Assembly: GCA_035389585.1 (NCBI GenBank)
Contig: DAOOSC010000001.1
Location: 6,290 to 70,289, forward strand
DNA from: Candidatus Magasanikiibacteriota bacterium
GTDB lineage: Bacteria; Patescibacteriota; Patescibacteriia; Magasanikbacterales; UBA922
Direction of reading: 5' to 3'
DNA: 64,000 nt
Both the position numbers and the translations under genes were made by a program. Shown here one piece after another: positions 26,634 through 36,494 of the stretch. The notes under the pieces were generated by a model. The model did not search any database and was not told the origin of the DNA. It worked only from the letters and a program-made list of their open reading frames with translations. Every line of letters begins with the position of its first letter. Position 1 is the stretch's first letter.

Positions 26634-27944
26634 ATGGCAAAATTCATCATTGAGGGTGGAAGAAAATTAAAAGGTGTTTTACCGGTAAGTTCAGCGAAAA
26701 ACTCGGCAGTTTCTCTACTTTGCGCGGCGCTCATGGTGAAGGGTGAAGTGACCTTGCGAGATGTGCCACGAATCGAAGAAGTGGACAGAATCCTCGAAAT
26801 TTTGGAAAGTCTTGGTGTGGGGATTGCATGGCGTGGCGAGCATACTCTTGTTTTGGATACGAGAGGTGATTTGGAAATGGTGCGGATCAATAAGCATGCT
26901 TGTGAGGTGACACGTTCGTCGATGCTCCTGCTCGGGGCTCTCGCGAAACGTGAGAAGAAATATAGACTATATAAATCCGGCGGTTGTAAATTGGGAGAAA
27001 GAACAGTTCGGCCACATTTGTATGCGCTTGAGAAATTGGGTGTGACGGCACGTTCGCGCGATAAATATTACGAGGTCGTGACAAATAATTTACAGGGCAC
27101 GGAAATTATCATGTATGAATCCGGCGACACACCAACAGAAAATGCGATTATGGCGGCGGTGCTGGCCGAAGGCGAGACGGTGATCAAATTTGCTTCCGCC
27201 AATTATATGGTTCAGGATCTGTGTTTTTTCTTGAATCGGGCAGGCGCGAAAATTGAAGGAATAGGTTCGACTACTTTGCGGATTCGTGGGGTGGCTCAGT
27301 TGAAAAACAAGATTGAATATGCCGTCATGCCGGATCCGATCGTGGCAATGGCATATATTTCGATTGCGATCACGACCGCTTCACCACTCACGATTGCGGG
27401 TTGTCCGATGGAATTTTTGGAATTGGAATTGGAAAAATTGCGGGTAATGGGGCAGAAATTTTCTTTGAAAAATGAAAGACAGAGTAATTCGGGAAAATTT
27501 CGTTTGGCAGATGTCGTGATCGAACCGTCACCACTCTCGGCCTTACCAGACAAAATCTATGGACGTCCTTTTCCAGGATTGAATATTGATAATTTACCGT
27601 TTTTTGTACCGATTTTCACACGGGCGCGCGGGCGTAGTCTGGTGCATGATTGGGTATATGAAAATCGGGCGATCTATTATCTCGAATTACAGAAATTGGG
27701 TGCGAAAATTACTTTACTTGATCCACATCGTGTGTTTGTGGAAGGTCCGACCAAGTTTCGCGCCAATGAGCTCATCTGTCCACCAGCGATTCGTCCAGCG
27801 ATGATTGTGCTCATCGCGATGCTCGCGGCACCGGGGCGTTCGGTCCTCCGCAATCCTTATCCGATTGAACGTGGCTATGAGAAGGTGACTGAAGTTTTGA
27901 GTGCGGTCGGTGCGAAGATTGAGAAAGTGGCGGATATAAATTAA
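26634..27944 (+). CDS. murA: UDP-N-acetylglucosamine 1-carboxyvinyltransferase
   Basis: IEGG..L.G.....AKN, GGCKLGER (active-site Cys), PFPG, IERGYE. Confidence 0.93.
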   Translation: MAKFIIEGGRKLKGVLPVSSAKNSAVSLLCAALMVKGEVTLRDVPRIEEVDRILEILESLGVGIAWRGEHTLVLDTRGDLEMVRINKHACEVTRSSMLLLGALAKREKKYRLYKSGGCKLGERTVRPHLYALEKLGVTARSRDKYYEVVTNNLQGTEIIMYESGDTPTENAIMAAVLAEGETVIKFASANYMVQDLCFFLNRAGAKIEGIGSTTLRIRGVAQLKNKIEYAVMPDPIVAMAYISIAITTASPLTIAGCPMEFLELELEKLRVMGQKFSLKNERQSNSGKFRLADVVIEPSPLSALPDKIYGRPFPGLNIDNLPFFVPIFTRARGRSLVHDWVYENRAIYYLELQKLGAKITLLDPHRVFVEGPTKFRANELICPPAIRPAMIVLIAMLAAPGRSVLRNPYPIERGYEKVTEVLSAVGAKIEKVADIN

Positions 27945-27970
27945 GCAAATTATTTTTTAACTTTTTGTTT

Positions 27971-28390
27971 ATGGCACATGTTTGTTCGGCAACTTTGGTG
28001 CGGTGTATGGATTTTCGCCTCACTCGTGATATTCATGATTGGCTGGCCTCGAAGAATCTCGTCAATGACTGTGATATTATTTCTGTCGCTGGGATTGCGA
28101 AAGCGATTGCAGATGATCCGGATTCCGCGGACGCGCAATTTGTTTTGAAGCAAATTGCATTATCAAAAAAATTGCATGATACCAAAATTATTTATCTCAT
28201 GCACCATACGGATTGTGGGGCGTATGGCGGGCATTCAGCTTTTTCGGATCTCGTGACCGAGAAAACCAAATATAGGGAAGATATGCAGAAAGCAAAAGGG
28301 GTGATCGAGGGTTTGGTCTCGGGTGTGGAGGTAAAATTTGCGATTGCTGATATTTTGGATAACGGTCGAGTGGAGATAAAAGAAGTTTAG
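27971..28390 (+). CDS. Small beta-class carbonic anhydrase-like protein
   Basis: CMDFR and HTDCGAYGG zinc-ligand motifs (CxDxR...HxxC). Confidence 0.85.
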   Translation: MAHVCSATLVRCMDFRLTRDIHDWLASKNLVNDCDIISVAGIAKAIADDPDSADAQFVLKQIALSKKLHDTKIIYLMHHTDCGAYGGHSAFSDLVTEKTKYREDMQKAKGVIEGLVSGVEVKFAIADILDNGRVEIKEV

Positions 28391-28423
28391 TGGAGTGAGT
28401 AATCAAATAAAGTAAAAATGATC

Positions 28424-28456
28424 AAAAATACCGTTGGTTGACAAGCGGTATTTTTT
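28424..28456 (+). terminator. Terminator hairpin overlapping the -35 (TTGACA, 28438) of the next gene
   Basis: AAAAATACCGTT/AGCGGTATTTTT stem. Confidence 0.65.
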
Positions 28457-28502
28457 GTGCTTAAATATAACCTCCTTGTTTTTTACAATTAGGGAGGCGA
28501 AA

Positions 28503-29558
28503 ATGGGTCAGTGTGAATTGGTGGAGATGTTTTTGGGGTACAATCGGTACTATATGGAGGAGTATCAAAAAGTACGTAATGAAGTATTTTCATTGGAGGA
28601 TAAATTAGGGGTGATTACCGTTGTCACTTCGTGTATTGATGGCCGAGTGAAGATGGCCAAGGTCTTCAAAACAATGGTCGAATTTCTGCATGAAATGACT
28701 TCGCCGGGCGGAATATATTCTCTCGGGGTGCGTTCGGTCGGTGATCATATCCGTCATGCTGTTGAGTATGCGGAAGGTCGCGGTCTCGGTACGCTCCTCA
28801 TTGGTACAGCGCATGAGTCTGGGAGACACAGAGATCATGGTTGTGCCGCTATGAATAACGACATCAAAAAAGCGCTTGCTGGCGTGGAAATTTTTCATCG
28901 GCAAGTCAAGCGAGCCTTCCCTCAGGTAGATTGCATCAGAATGTGTCTCGATACCGACGATGATTCGGTGGGGGTGCTTGATCCATCAGGGAATGTGGCC
29001 ATCAGAGTACAGGGAAGATCGCATGTCGGTCAAGAAGATAAAGATTTTTTGGAGCCACTTCAAAAAATCTCCACTGTTGATAGTTCGCGTACTTTGGATG
29101 ATGGCTCAATCCGGGCTCTCGCATATTTACTCGGCAATGCGGTGGAGAGACAAGAAGAATTGTTTGTCTGGCCTAAACCAGAACGACGTTTGTTCCACTG
29201 TGAGAGAGATATTTGTTTTGGCGATGGGCACAAATGGTATTCTCCGGATAATCTGACATTTCATGTTGGGGAGTGGTCATTGAATCCGGCTGATGACTTA
29301 TTGGTCGGGTTGAATCTGGTTGCACGCAATATTATCGAGGGGAAAATTAATATGGATGGCGGATTGTTTGTAGCCAGTAAAGGTTACCGTAAGGAACGTT
29401 ATCGGCATTTGGCAGTTATTGAGGCTTTGGAGTATCTCCGCTTCGGTATGGATGTGATGCGAAAACATAAATATTCTGATATTTTGACACGACATTTCGT
29501 GCCGATTGCGGTAGTGGTAGATATGAATACAATGGAGGCGAGCTTGGTGATTACTTGA
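28503..29558 (+). CDS. Divergent beta-carbonic-anhydrase-like protein (CsoSCA-like ligand spacing)
   Basis: SCIDGR...AHES.....HGCAA motifs; AGGGAGG SD. Confidence 0.6.
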   Translation: MGQCELVEMFLGYNRYYMEEYQKVRNEVFSLEDKLGVITVVTSCIDGRVKMAKVFKTMVEFLHEMTSPGGIYSLGVRSVGDHIRHAVEYAEGRGLGTLLIGTAHESGRHRDHGCAAMNNDIKKALAGVEIFHRQVKRAFPQVDCIRMCLDTDDDSVGVLDPSGNVAIRVQGRSHVGQEDKDFLEPLQKISTVDSSRTLDDGSIRALAYLLGNAVERQEELFVWPKPERRLFHCERDICFGDGHKWYSPDNLTFHVGEWSLNPADDLLVGLNLVARNIIEGKINMDGGLFVASKGYRKERYRHLAVIEALEYLRFGMDVMRKHKYSDILTRHFVPIAVVVDMNTMEASLVIT

Positions 29559-29587
29559 TCTTTTGAGTTTTGAACCTTAGTTCTTTT

Positions 29588-29614
29588 GGGGTGGTTTCGA
29601 CCACTCCTTTTTTT
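29588..29614 (+). terminator. Intrinsic terminator
   Basis: GGGGTGGT-TTCG-ACCACTCC followed by T7. Confidence 0.9.
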
Positions 29615-29683
29615 ATTGCATTTATTTGGGAAAAATGTCATAATACAGGCATGCGCGCAATTAGGCGCGGTATTATATTTTTT

Positions 29684-30184
29684 ATGGAGAACATTTCATT
29701 TGCGGGGATAGCTAGCATGGCTGGCGGTTTTGTGTTTTTTTTGGTTGCGGCGTCTATTTGGACAGCTGTTTGGAAAGGTCTCGCTCTCTGGCGAGCGGCT
29801 CGTCTGAAGAGTGTTGGTTGGTTTGTGGCCTTGCTTTTCATCAATACAATGGGAATTCTCGAAATTATCTACATTCTCGCGGTTGCGAAGAAAATGAAAG
29901 GTCCGGAACTGCGTGACGGGAAGTTGCGTTTTTCCGAGGAGGAAGCCAAAGCTATCGGGGAGTTTCTCGGAATCAAATGGGATAAATACAACGTAGCGCA
30001 GTTTCATCGTGGCATGAATGTAGAACTCGAGCATGGTTCAGAGAATTCACTCACAGATGTGACGGGGGATGATGCTGTGTTGACCGGTAAAATTGCATTA
30101 GCCCATCTCAACGAATTTGCGGATTATTATGATCGTCTCGATCGAATGGAAGAAGATGCACACGCTTTTTGGGATAAGAAATAA
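29684..30184 (+). CDS. DUF5652-like membrane domain fused to DUF5661-like domain
   Basis: WKGLALWRAAR...WF...NTMGILEIIY followed in frame by GMNVELEHG...TGKIALAHLNE..DYY.RL; alternative start 29651. Confidence 0.75.
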   Translation: MENISFAGIASMAGGFVFFLVAASIWTAVWKGLALWRAARLKSVGWFVALLFINTMGILEIIYILAVAKKMKGPELRDGKLRFSEEEAKAIGEFLGIKWDKYNVAQFHRGMNVELEHGSENSLTDVTGDDAVLTGKIALAHLNEFADYYDRLDRMEEDAHAFWDKK

Positions 30185-30209
30185 TTGATAGTAAAATATA
30201 AATAAAATT

Positions 30210-30494
30210 ATGGCACTTTTCTTTGTCGGTATCATTGAGATGATAATCGTCAGTGTTTGGACAAAAGTCGTCACGGATTCCAAAATCATTGCGAGTGGGG
30301 TCGTCACCATCATTAATATTCTTATTTGGTATTATGTGCTTGAAAAAGTAGTGAGCGATATTGGTAATTGGAAATTGGTAGTATTATACGCTTTTGGTTG
30401 CGCGCTTGGGACGATGATGACAACAGCGTATTATAAGTACCAGGAAAAGAAAGCACCACCTAAAAAAGAAAACGTCAGCAAGTTGGTTGGTTAG
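30210..30494 (+). CDS. Small membrane protein (DUF5698-like)
   Basis: Three hydrophobic segments, YAFGCALGT motif, basic tail. Confidence 0.65.
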   Translation: MALFFVGIIEMIIVSVWTKVVTDSKIIASGVVTIINILIWYYVLEKVVSDIGNWKLVVLYAFGCALGTMMTTAYYKYQEKKAPPKKENVSKLVG

Positions 30495-30543
30495 AGCAAT
30501 CAATAGTTTGCTCGAATTAGGCATTAGGCTATTTTGAAATGTT

Positions 30544-33423
30544 ATGAATGAGTTGAACCAGGCACAAAAAACTGCGGTGGAATACACATCGGGTCCGCTT
30601 CTCATCGTAGCGGGAGCGGGGACAGGTAAGACCAAAGTAATTACTGAAAAAATTGCTTATATTATTGAATCCAGCCTAGCCAAGCCGGATGAGATTTTGG
30701 CGCTCGCGTTCAACGACAAAGCGGCTGGGGAAATTTCCGATCGAGTAGAAAATATTTTAGAGGGGGGATTTGTGGATTTGTGGGTGCACACTTTTCATGC
30801 TTTTTGTACACGCATTCTCGAGAAATATGGTCTCGAAATTGGTCTCCCGAATAAATTCAAAACTCTCACCGCGACAGATACTTGGATGCTCATGCGTGAG
30901 AATTTAGATCGATTCGATTTCGACTATTATCGTCCGCTCGGCAATCCGGCCAAGCATTTGCACGCTCTCCTCAAACATTTCTCCGCTTGCAAAGATGAGC
31001 TGATTACGCCGGAAGAATATTTAGCATATGCGGAATCAATCAAACTCGATACGGGGGATGTGAATGTCATAGAAAAAGAGCGAATAATAGAACTCGCCAA
31101 AGCTTATCAGACTTACAATCAAATTTTACTGGAGCATAATTATTTGGATTTTTCGGATTTAATTTTCTATACCGTAAAATTATTTGAAAAACGACCAAAT
31201 ATTCTCGCGGTACTTTGTCGCAAATTCAAATATGTCCTGGTGGACGAATTTCAGGATGTGAATTGGTCACAGTATAAACTGGCCAAAATGCTTACTCAAA
31301 GCGCTCAATTCACAGTTGTTGGTGATGACGATCAATCGATTTATGCTTTCCGCGGCGCTTCGGTGTCAAATATTTTGCGTTTCAAGACAGATTTTGCGAA
31401 TGCGCGCGAGGTCGTGCTCACAGAAAACTATCGCTCAGGGCAAGATATTCTCGATTTGGCTTATCGGGTGGTGAAAAACAATGATCCAGATCGATTGGAG
31501 TGTAGACTTGGGCTCACGAAAGAACTTAGGGCCGTGGGTGGCGAGAAGGGGGAAGTGAAATTGCGAGCTCATGACAATGGCCACAATGAAATTCGCGGGA
31601 TTGCCGAAAAAATTGCCGAATTACGTGCAAATCAGCCGGATTTATCTTGGAATGATTTTGCAGTGCTTGTGCGTAGCAATGCCCATATTGACGAAATTGC
31701 CAATACTTTCGATCGGCTTGGTGTTCCATATGAAGTCATGTCGGCGCGTGGTCTATATCGTCAACCAGTCGTACTCGATGCGATGTCGTATCTGCGAGCA
31801 GTCCAGAGTTATCACGAAAATGATGCCATTTACCGCCTCCTCAATTTGGCTATTTTTGGAATTTCCGATAATGATATTCGTCTTCTCACCACTCACGCGG
31901 ATCGTAAAAGTATTTCCTTGTTCGAAGCGGTGAAAATCGCGGCGACAATCGGAGTTTCGGTTGAGGGGATTTCGGGTACGGAGAGATTAATTGCGGAAAT
32001 AGATTTCGGCATGCAATCCGCCAGACGCGAGAAACCGACAATCATATTATTCAAATTTTTTGAAAGAAGCGGTTATCTCAAATGGCTGACCGAAGCGGAA
32101 GTGCGAGGTGATAGCGAGGCGATGCGTCAGATTTTCGAATTGCGCCAGTTTTTTAATTTTTTGGACAATTTCGAAAAACAAGCAGTAGTGCCGACACTTG
32201 ATTCATTCATGAAGTATTTCGCGTTGGTGCTCGATTCTGGAGATCTGGGGGAGAAGTATCGTCCGGAAGACACTCCCGATTCGGTCAATTTAATGACTGT
32301 ACACAATTCAAAGGGTTTGGAATTCAAATATGTTTTTGTACCAGCTTTGATCGAGGGTAAATTTCCATCGCGCAATCACGGTGGAGAAATCGATGTTCCT
32401 GTCGCCCTGATAAAAGAATCTCTACCAGAAGGAGATGGTCACTACGAAGAAGAACGGCGGCTTTTCTATGTAGCCACGACTCGTGCGAAGAGTGGTCTGT
32501 ATTTGTCTTATGCGGAATATTATGATGGTCGGAAGCAGAAATGCAAACCGAGTCGTTTCCTAAGCGAGGCTGGACTCGAAGCGGGAACTATGGTAGAAGA
32601 CGTTTCCAAATTTGATAAAATTGCCGATAGAAAACCACAGGCGATTGACAGCAAATTGCCATTGCCAGACAAATTTTCTATTTCACAAATTAAAGTCTAT
32701 TTGACTTGTCCTTATCAGTACAAATTAGACACGATTTTGCGTATTCAAAAAGCGCGTGGTGGGGCGATGAGTTTTGGTACCTCGATTCATAACACGCTTT
32801 ACAAATTCTATTCGCGGGTGATTGAATTAAACGAGGTTCGGGGTGGAGAAGTTATTGTCCCCAGTCTCGAAGAGTTTTTGAAATTTTATGAAGAATCGTG
32901 GATAGAAGATTGGTACGAAAGTCACGACCAGAGAGAGAAATATTTTCGTGAAGGTCGACGTATTCTGAAAAAATTCTATGAGGATAATACGAATCGGTGG
33001 ACAGTGCCGGTTGCGCTCGAAGTACCATTTTCCATGAAAATGGGTGGGCACGTCGTCCATGGTAGGATTGATCGGATTGATTGTTCGCCCGAGGGTAAAT
33101 TAGAGATTATCGATTATAAGACTGGTAAGACAAAGGAAAAAATAGAGAGTGATGATCGAGATCAGCTCCTCATCTATCAGCTCGCGGCCGAGAATTTACC
33201 TCAGTTATCGCGTCTCGGACCGGTAGAACATCTCACTTATCTGTATTTGACCGACAACACTCCACTGCGCTTCATTGGTAAAGAAAAAGATTTGGAGAAA
33301 TTTACGGAGAAGATTGTTTCGGCGATTGATCGGATTATGATGAGAGATTTCACACCTAGTCCGGACAAACGCAGTTGCGCATTTTGTGACTTTAAAAATA
33401 TTTGTGAATACCGTTTGGCTTAA
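30544..33423 (+). CDS. UvrD/PcrA-family helicase fused to a C-terminal PD-(D/E)XK nuclease with Fe-S cysteines
   Basis: AGAGTGKT, VDEFQD, GDDDQSIY.FRGA, TVHNSKGLEF, EERRLFYVA.TRA; then CP...GRIDRID...IIDYKTG...CAFCDFKNIC. Confidence 0.92.
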   Translation: MNELNQAQKTAVEYTSGPLLIVAGAGTGKTKVITEKIAYIIESSLAKPDEILALAFNDKAAGEISDRVENILEGGFVDLWVHTFHAFCTRILEKYGLEIGLPNKFKTLTATDTWMLMRENLDRFDFDYYRPLGNPAKHLHALLKHFSACKDELITPEEYLAYAESIKLDTGDVNVIEKERIIELAKAYQTYNQILLEHNYLDFSDLIFYTVKLFEKRPNILAVLCRKFKYVLVDEFQDVNWSQYKLAKMLTQSAQFTVVGDDDQSIYAFRGASVSNILRFKTDFANAREVVLTENYRSGQDILDLAYRVVKNNDPDRLECRLGLTKELRAVGGEKGEVKLRAHDNGHNEIRGIAEKIAELRANQPDLSWNDFAVLVRSNAHIDEIANTFDRLGVPYEVMSARGLYRQPVVLDAMSYLRAVQSYHENDAIYRLLNLAIFGISDNDIRLLTTHADRKSISLFEAVKIAATIGVSVEGISGTERLIAEIDFGMQSARREKPTIILFKFFERSGYLKWLTEAEVRGDSEAMRQIFELRQFFNFLDNFEKQAVVPTLDSFMKYFALVLDSGDLGEKYRPEDTPDSVNLMTVHNSKGLEFKYVFVPALIEGKFPSRNHGGEIDVPVALIKESLPEGDGHYEEERRLFYVATTRAKSGLYLSYAEYYDGRKQKCKPSRFLSEAGLEAGTMVEDVSKFDKIADRKPQAIDSKLPLPDKFSISQIKVYLTCPYQYKLDTILRIQKARGGAMSFGTSIHNTLYKFYSRVIELNEVRGGEVIVPSLEEFLKFYEESWIEDWYESHDQREKYFREGRRILKKFYEDNTNRWTVPVALEVPFSMKMGGHVVHGRIDRIDCSPEGKLEIIDYKTGKTKEKIESDDRDQLLIYQLAAENLPQLSRLGPVEHLTYLYLTDNTPLRFIGKEKDLEKFTEKIVSAIDRIMMRDFTPSPDKRSCAFCDFKNICEYRLA

Positions 33424-33429
33424 ATTTAT

Positions 33430-33741
33430 ATGACCATACCATCAACCTTATCATCGATTGGCGATACATTGAAAAATAAATTTGGTAATCAAGCGGGTGT
33501 TGCGAAAGGCGTGGAGGCCGCGCAGATCATCGAGGTTGCTCAGAAAATCATGGATAAAATTTTTTCTCCTGAATTGGCGGCGCTCATGAAACCGCTCTTC
33601 ATGAAAAACCGCACATTGACAATTTCGTGTAGCAGTTCCGCGGTGGCGCAGGAATTACGCCTTCATCAGAACGAAGTGGTAGAGCTCATGAACAAGGAGA
33701 TTGGTCGCAATGAAATTGACCGGGTGCGATATTTGTGTTAA
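33430..33741 (+). CDS. DUF721/DciA-like protein
   Basis: L.I.C.SS.VAQEL pattern, 103 aa. Confidence 0.7.
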   Translation: MTIPSTLSSIGDTLKNKFGNQAGVAKGVEAAQIIEVAQKIMDKIFSPELAALMKPLFMKNRTLTISCSSSAVAQELRLHQNEVVELMNKEIGRNEIDRVRYLC

Positions 33742-33806
33742 TCGGTAGCGTATCTTGCCAAAAATTGGTAAAAAGGCTACAATAGTTAGGCTAAAATTTC
33801 GTCTTT

Positions 33807-34190
33807 ATGAGCTTACGCCAATATCTCACAATCATGCTAATGTCTGCCGTTTTATGTTGGGTGGCATTCGCTATGGTCATCATTAATATTGATCCTTTCC
33901 AGGATGTTGGGGTTGGTTTTGCCTTTTTTTATGCCAGCCTGTTTTTTTCCTTATTAGGGACTTTTTCTTTATTTTCTTTCTGGGCGAGATGTTTCTCGCA
34001 ACGATCTAGATCAATTTTTCATTTGGTGCGAGCGAGCTTTCGTGATTCATTTATCATTTCCGCGGGAGTTTTAATTTTTCTGTTTTTAGCGAGTCGCGGG
34101 TTTTTGAATTGGATGACCGGCGGAATTCTTTTCGCGATTATGATTGTTTTCTCTATTTATATGTATTTATTGAATCGTTCGACTAATTAA
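33807..34190 (+). CDS. Four-TM hypothetical membrane protein
   Basis: Four hydrophobic segments, IDP motif. Confidence 0.7.
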   Translation: MSLRQYLTIMLMSAVLCWVAFAMVIINIDPFQDVGVGFAFFYASLFFSLLGTFSLFSFWARCFSQRSRSIFHLVRASFRDSFIISAGVLIFLFLASRGFLNWMTGGILFAIMIVFSIYMYLLNRSTN

Positions 34191-34196
34191 AATATT

Positions 34197-35432
34197 ATGA
34201 AACAATCGAAACTTTTCACTACAACTGCCAAAAATGTTCCTAAAGATGAAGTGAGCCTGAACTCTGCTTTTCTTTTGCGGGCTGGTTATATTGATAAATT
34301 AGCCGCGGGGATTTATACATATTTGCCACTCGGTCTGCGGGTTTTGAATAACATAAAAAATATTATTCGTGAAGAGATGAACGCGATTGGCGCGCTCGAA
34401 ATCCTCATGCCGGCATTACAGCCAAAAGAAAATTGGGTGACGACAGGACGTTGGGACGATCTCGATGTGCTTTTCAAATTGAAGGGGGCGGGGGATAAAG
34501 ATTTCGCTCTGGGAGCGACTCATGAGGAAGTGGTGACGCCATTATTACGCAATTTCGTGAATTCATATAAGGATTTGCCGGTGGCGGTGTACCAGATTCA
34601 GGACAAATTTCGCAATGAAACGCGAGCGAAATCAGGGCTTCTTCGCGGTCGAGAATTTTTGATGAAAGATCTGTATAGCTTCCACGCGACCGTCGAAGAT
34701 CTCGACGCTTATTACGAGACCGTGATTGGGGCATATAATAAAATTTTCACACGCCTTGGGCTAGCCGCGATGGTAGTCGAGTCTTCGGGGGGGACTTTCA
34801 GCAAATTCAGTCATGAATTTCAAGTATTTATTGAGAATGGCGAGGATGATGTCTATGCCTGTGTTTGTGGTCGTCATCAGAACAGTGAGTTGGTGCCCGA
34901 TGGAAGTTTGAAATGCCCATATTGTGGCGCCGAGAGGGAGGTGCGTAAAGCAACTGAGGTAGGGAATATCTTCAAATTGATGACGAAATATTCAGGAGCT
35001 TTTGAAAATAAGTTCACTAATCAGGATGGTGTGCAAGAGACGGTGTTGATGGGTTGTTATGGAATCGGACCGTCGCGGGTCATGGGGACGATCGTCGAAG
35101 TGTCACACGATGATGCTGGGATTATTTGGCCAGAAGCGGTGGCACCATACAAATTTCATTTGATTTCGCTCGCGAAGACTCCGGAGGAAGAGGAGCAAAT
35201 CGAGAAAATTTATCAAACTCTCGGTGCCAAAATGACTCTCTACGATGATCGTTCCGACGCTCGGGCGGGGGAGAAATTTGCAGACGCCGATTTGCTTGGT
35301 TTGCCATGGCGAATTGTCGCGAGTAGTCGGACGCTTGCTGATGGGGCGATTGAATTGCGCCATCGAATTGACGGTACGACAGAATTATTGAAATTGGCGG
35401 ATTTTTATACTCGTTTCGAAGTGAAAAGATAA
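34197..35432 (+). CDS. proS: Proline--tRNA ligase, short form lacking the editing insertion
   Basis: GIYTYLPLG, THEE, FRNE.R...GLLRGREF.MKD.YSF, MGCYGIG, GEKFADADLLG. Confidence 0.96.
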   Translation: MKQSKLFTTTAKNVPKDEVSLNSAFLLRAGYIDKLAAGIYTYLPLGLRVLNNIKNIIREEMNAIGALEILMPALQPKENWVTTGRWDDLDVLFKLKGAGDKDFALGATHEEVVTPLLRNFVNSYKDLPVAVYQIQDKFRNETRAKSGLLRGREFLMKDLYSFHATVEDLDAYYETVIGAYNKIFTRLGLAAMVVESSGGTFSKFSHEFQVFIENGEDDVYACVCGRHQNSELVPDGSLKCPYCGAEREVRKATEVGNIFKLMTKYSGAFENKFTNQDGVQETVLMGCYGIGPSRVMGTIVEVSHDDAGIIWPEAVAPYKFHLISLAKTPEEEEQIEKIYQTLGAKMTLYDDRSDARAGEKFADADLLGLPWRIVASSRTLADGAIELRHRIDGTTELLKLADFYTRFEVKR

Positions 35433-35438
35433 TTTGTT

Positions 35439-36491
35439 ATGTTTGATGCGCTTTATCGAAAATTCAGCCAAGATCTGGGGATTGATCTCGGCACCGCTAA
35501 TACGCTCGTCTATGTCCATGACAAAGGTATTGTGGTCAATGAGCCGTCATTTGTGGCAATCAATACAAAGACGGAGCAGATTTTGGCGGTTGGAAATGAG
35601 GCGAAAAATATGTTGGGGAAAACACCAGCGTATATTGTGATCAGTCGGCCGCTCTCGAATGGGATTATTTCTGATTATGAAGTGACGGAGAGGATGCTCA
35701 AATATTTCATCGACAAAGTGCATGAAGGCAGTTTTTCGCTGTTTGCGCGACCGAAGGTTGTGATCTGTACACCGCTCGAAGTGACGGAGGTAGAGATCAA
35801 GGCGGTCGAAGATGCTGTCCTCGCGGCAGGAGCGCGTGAAGTCCATATCGTCCAAGAGCCAATGGCAGCCGCGATCGGAGCGCGTATGCCAATTCAGGAT
35901 CCGGTCGGAAATATGATCGTCGATATTGGTGGAGGAACTTCTGAGGTGGCGGTGATTTCACTCGGTGGTGTCGTCACTTGGAAATCGACCAATGTTGCGG
36001 GAGATGAATTTAATCGTAATATAATTCAGTACGCACGCGAAGTGTTCAATATGTTCATCGGCGAGTCACATGCCGAACAGATAAAAATAAAGATTGGTTC
36101 AGCGATGGAGATGGGGGAGAAAATGGAATTTCCAATGCGCGGTCGTGATGTGATGACTGGTCTCCCAAAAGAAATCATGATCAGCGATGCGCAAATACGC
36201 GAGGCGCTCGGTCGGTCGATCAATACAATCGTCGAACTCATAAAAATGACTCTCGAAACCACCCCGCCAGAACTTACAGCGGATATTCATGAACGGGGAA
36301 TGCTTTTGACCGGCGGAGGAGCTCTGTTGCGTGGTATTGATAAGGTGATTTCACGCGCGGCGGAAATTCCAGTCAGAATTGCAGATGATCCATTGACGGC
36401 AGTGGTGCGGGGTACTGGCATATTGCTTGAAGATTCGGTCTTGCTGGCTGGGGTTGGGTTACCATCAGCTCGTGATGTTAAGAAAAAATAG
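35439..36491 (+). CDS. mreB: Rod shape-determining protein MreB
   Basis: IDLGTANT, EPMAAAIGA, DIGGGT, LTGGGALL. Confidence 0.98.
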   Translation: MFDALYRKFSQDLGIDLGTANTLVYVHDKGIVVNEPSFVAINTKTEQILAVGNEAKNMLGKTPAYIVISRPLSNGIISDYEVTERMLKYFIDKVHEGSFSLFARPKVVICTPLEVTEVEIKAVEDAVLAAGAREVHIVQEPMAAAIGARMPIQDPVGNMIVDIGGGTSEVAVISLGGVVTWKSTNVAGDEFNRNIIQYAREVFNMFIGESHAEQIKIKIGSAMEMGEKMEFPMRGRDVMTGLPKEIMISDAQIREALGRSINTIVELIKMTLETTPPELTADIHERGMLLTGGGALLRGIDKVISRAAEIPVRIADDPLTAVVRGTGILLEDSVLLAGVGLPSARDVKKK

Positions 36492-36494
36492 AAT

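Noticed and set aside
29588-29614. GGGGTGGTTTCGAC resembles a tmRNA 5' end
   Set aside because: It is fully explained as a UUCG-loop terminator with a T7 tail; there is no tRNA-like 3' end.
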